This document shows positions 61,235 to 64,000 of a DNA stretch of 64,000 bases, in pieces. The notes under the pieces are model-generated. The model was not told the DNA's origin, made no database searches, and worked only from the letters and a program-made list of their open reading frames with translations. How positions within the stretch are numbered: the stretch's first letter is position 1; every line of letters begins with the position of its first letter. The DNA comes from Octopus sinensis. Its lineage: Eukaryota. Location of the stretch: assembly GCF_006345805.1 (NCBI RefSeq), contig NC_042999.1:50530001-50594000 (forward strand), in the 5' to 3' direction. Made by a program: the position numbers and the translations under genes.

Positions 61235-63745
61235 CCCTTTAGCATTTAAACCAGCCGTATCCAGCCCAAAATATTCAACCTGTTTTTTCTTCAAACTGGT
61301 CAGAGCTGGCCTTTCGTACCTATCCTACAGTGCCATTTTACAAGTAAGCAATCACATTTTTTGAAGTCTCAAAGCTATGAAATAAGGTAGTCGATCCACC
61401 TGTGCATACCTTCCTTCTTGTGACACTTGTGAAGACCTGCTGAGGCAAGTGAAAATCAATCAAAATAAATCAATCAAAATAGATGAACATCAATGGATTT
61501 GTATCTTTGTGGTACCAGTGCCTGTGGCACACAAGAAAACCATCCGAACGTGGCCGTAGCCAGTACCGCATCGACTGGCCTCCGTGCTGTGGGAACATGG
61601 TGGCACATAAAAACACCATCCGAAGACCCGGCAAGACTAGTCAGGTCATAACCCGTGGGCCCTACCTGGGACGTAGTCAGTCCACCTGTACATACCTTCC
61701 TTCTTGTAACACTTGTGAAGACCTGCTGAGGCAAGTGAAAATCAAATCAAATCAAAACAAATCAAAATAGATGAACATCAATGGAATTTGTATCCTTGTG
61801 GTACCAGTGCCGGTGGCACACAAGAATCCATCCGAACGTGGCCGTAGTCAGTACCGCTTGCGGTACCAGTGCCGGTGGCACACAAGAATCCATCCGAACA
61901 TGGCCGTAGTCAGTACCGCATCACTGGCCATCGTGCTGTGGGCACATAACAAACACCATCCGGTTGTGGCCGTTCGCCAGCCTCATCTAGCACCTGTGTC
62001 AGTGGCACATAAAAACACCTTCCGAAGACCCGGCAAGACTAGTCAGGCCATAAACCATGGCCCCTACCTGGGACGTAGTCAGTCCACCTGTGCATACCTT
62101 CCTCCTTGTGATACTTGGAAGGCCTGTTGAGGCAAGTGAAAATCAAAATCAAAATCAAATCAAAACAAATCAAAATAGATGAACATCAATGGAATTTGTA
62201 TCTTTGTGGTACCAGTGCCAGTGGCACACAAGAGAAAACCATCCGAAAGTGGCCGTAGCCAGTACCGCATCGACTGGCCTCCGTGCTGTGGGCACATGAC
62301 AAACACCATCCGATCGTGGCCGTTCGCCAGCCTCATCTAGCACCTGTGTCGGTGGCACATAAAAACACCATCCGAAGACCCGGCAAGACTAGTCAGGCCA
62401 TAACCCATGGCCCCTACCTGGGACGTAGTCAGTCCACCTGTGCATACCTTCCTTCTTGTGACACTTGTGAAGACCTGTTGAGGCAAGTGAAAATCAAAAT
62501 CAAAACAAATCAAAATAGATGAACATCAATGGAATCTGTATCTTTGTGGTACCAGTGCCGGTGGCACACACTTTGTGGTACCAGTGCCGGTGGCACGCAA
62601 GAGAACCATCCGAACGTGGCCGTAGCCAGTTCCGCATCGACCGGCCTCCGTGCTGTGGGCACGTAACAAACACCATCCGATCATGGCCGTTCGCCAGCCT
62701 CATCTGGCACCTGTGTCGGTGGCACATAAAAACACCTTCCGAAGACCCGGCAAGACTAGTCAGTCCACCTGTGCATACCTTCCTTCTTGTGACACTTGTG
62801 AAGACCGGTTGAGGCAAGTGAAAATCAAATCAAATCAAAATAGACAAAATAGATGAACATCAATGGAATTTGTATCTTGTGGTACCAGTGCCTGTGGCAC
62901 ACAAGAATCCATCAGTGCCGTAGTCAGTGCGGTGGGCACATGACAAACACCATCCGATCGTGGCCGTTTGCCAGCCTCATCTAGCACCTGTGTCGGTGGC
63001 ACATAAAAACACCATCCGAAGACCCGGCAAGACTAGTCAGGCCATAACCCATGGCCCCTACCTGGGACGTAGTCAGTCCACCTGTGCATACCTTCCTTCT
63101 TGTAACACTTGTGAAGACCTGTTGAGACAGTGAAAATCAAAACAAATCAAAATAGATGAACATCAATGGAATTTGTATCTTTGTGGTACCAGTGCCGGTG
63201 GCACGTGGCACATAAGAAAACCATCCGAACGTGGCCGTAGCCAGTACCGAATCGACTGCCTCCGTGCTGTGGGCACGTAACAAGCACCATCCGATCGTGG
63301 CCGTTTGCCAGCCTCATCTGGCACCTGTGTCGGTGGGACATAAAAAACACCATCCGAGCGTGGCCGTCTGCCAGCCTCATCTGGCACCTGTGTCGGTGGC
63401 ACATAAAAACACCATCCGAGCGTGGCCGTCTGCCAGCCTCGTCTGGCACCTGTGTCGGTGGCACATAAAAACACCATCCGAGCGTGGCCGTCTGCCAGCC
63501 TCGTCTGGCACCTGTGTCGGTGGCACATAAAAACAACCATCCGAGCGTGGCCGTTTGCCAGCCTCGTCTGGCACCTGTGTCGGTGGCACATAAAATCACC
63601 CACTACACTCTCGGAGTGGTTGGCGTTAGGAAGGGCATCCAGCTGTAGAAACACTGCCAGATCTGACTGGACTGGTGCAGCTTTCGGGCTCCCCAGACCC
63701 CAGTTGAACCGTCCAACCCATGCTAGCATGGAAAGCGGACGTTAA

Positions 63746-63779
<34 letters not shown>

Positions 63780-63828
63780 CGTGAATAAATAAGCATTACA
63801 TTTGACAGGGTAATCTGAATGCTAAAGG
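61235..63828. mobile_element. piggyBac-type MITE split by an RTE insertion (halves 61235-61386 and 63780-63828)
   Basis: TIRs ccctttagcatt and aatgctaaagg; flanks ttca and tcaa (decayed TTAA). Confidence 0.7.
61387..63779 (+). mobile_element. RTE 3'UTR tandem array (6 units) ending in the conserved tail and (GAT)n
   Basis: The unit marker ccacctgt(g/a)catacc lies at ~61396, 61682, 62084, 62434, 62765 and 63078. The last unit has five ~54-bp subrepeats and the array is CpG-rich. Confidence 0.92.
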
Positions 63829-64000
63829 TCAAAGAAAGTGAAATATGGGTACTTAATACAATAATTCAATAGAGATTGGAGAAAAACAGGCAAGATGGCA
63901 GCATTTAGTTTGGATGGTTGACTTAATTCATTCCTCAAATGACTTAATCCACATGAATCGTGGGTGAATACCTTTAGTAGATTCCGTTATTTTGCAAGCA

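Noticed and set aside
61474-63832. Many overlapping 65-190 aa ORFs; a possible CRISPR-like repeat array
   Set aside because: They are translations of GC-rich RTE 3'UTR repeats. The units are contiguous with no unique spacers, the context is eukaryotic, and there are no cas genes.

Overview
This is AT-rich, repeat-saturated eukaryotic DNA with many (TA)n, (CA)n, (GAT)n and (ATT)n microsatellites. The repeat families resemble those I recall from octopus (coleoid cephalopod) genomes; that assignment is pattern recognition, not a database result. I can support no intact host protein-coding gene, tRNA or rRNA gene, so the window is intergenic or a very large intron; a few weak exon candidates are listed. 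Almost all ORF-track entries are microsatellite or repeat translations. The content is layered mobile DNA: at least four tRNA-derived SINE families (called A, B, D and E here), many 5'-truncated RTE-clade LINE 3' ends with (GAT)n tails, an Ingi/I-like LINE end, a Penelope-like element, mariner and maT relics, hAT and piggyBac MITEs, three non-autonomous Helitrons and a Helentron-type element. The most interesting signal is a set of type I hammerhead ribozyme (HHR) motifs. One has a fully intact core (32622-32664), one lies directly downstream of a Penelope GIY-YIG C-terminus (16175-16222), and several occur as divergent inverted pairs with one motif per strand (32001-32140, 32585-32664, 24467-24588). 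Also notable are a 2.4-kb hierarchical tandem array of an RTE 3'UTR inserted inside a piggyBac MITE, and a covarying stem-loop in that UTR.
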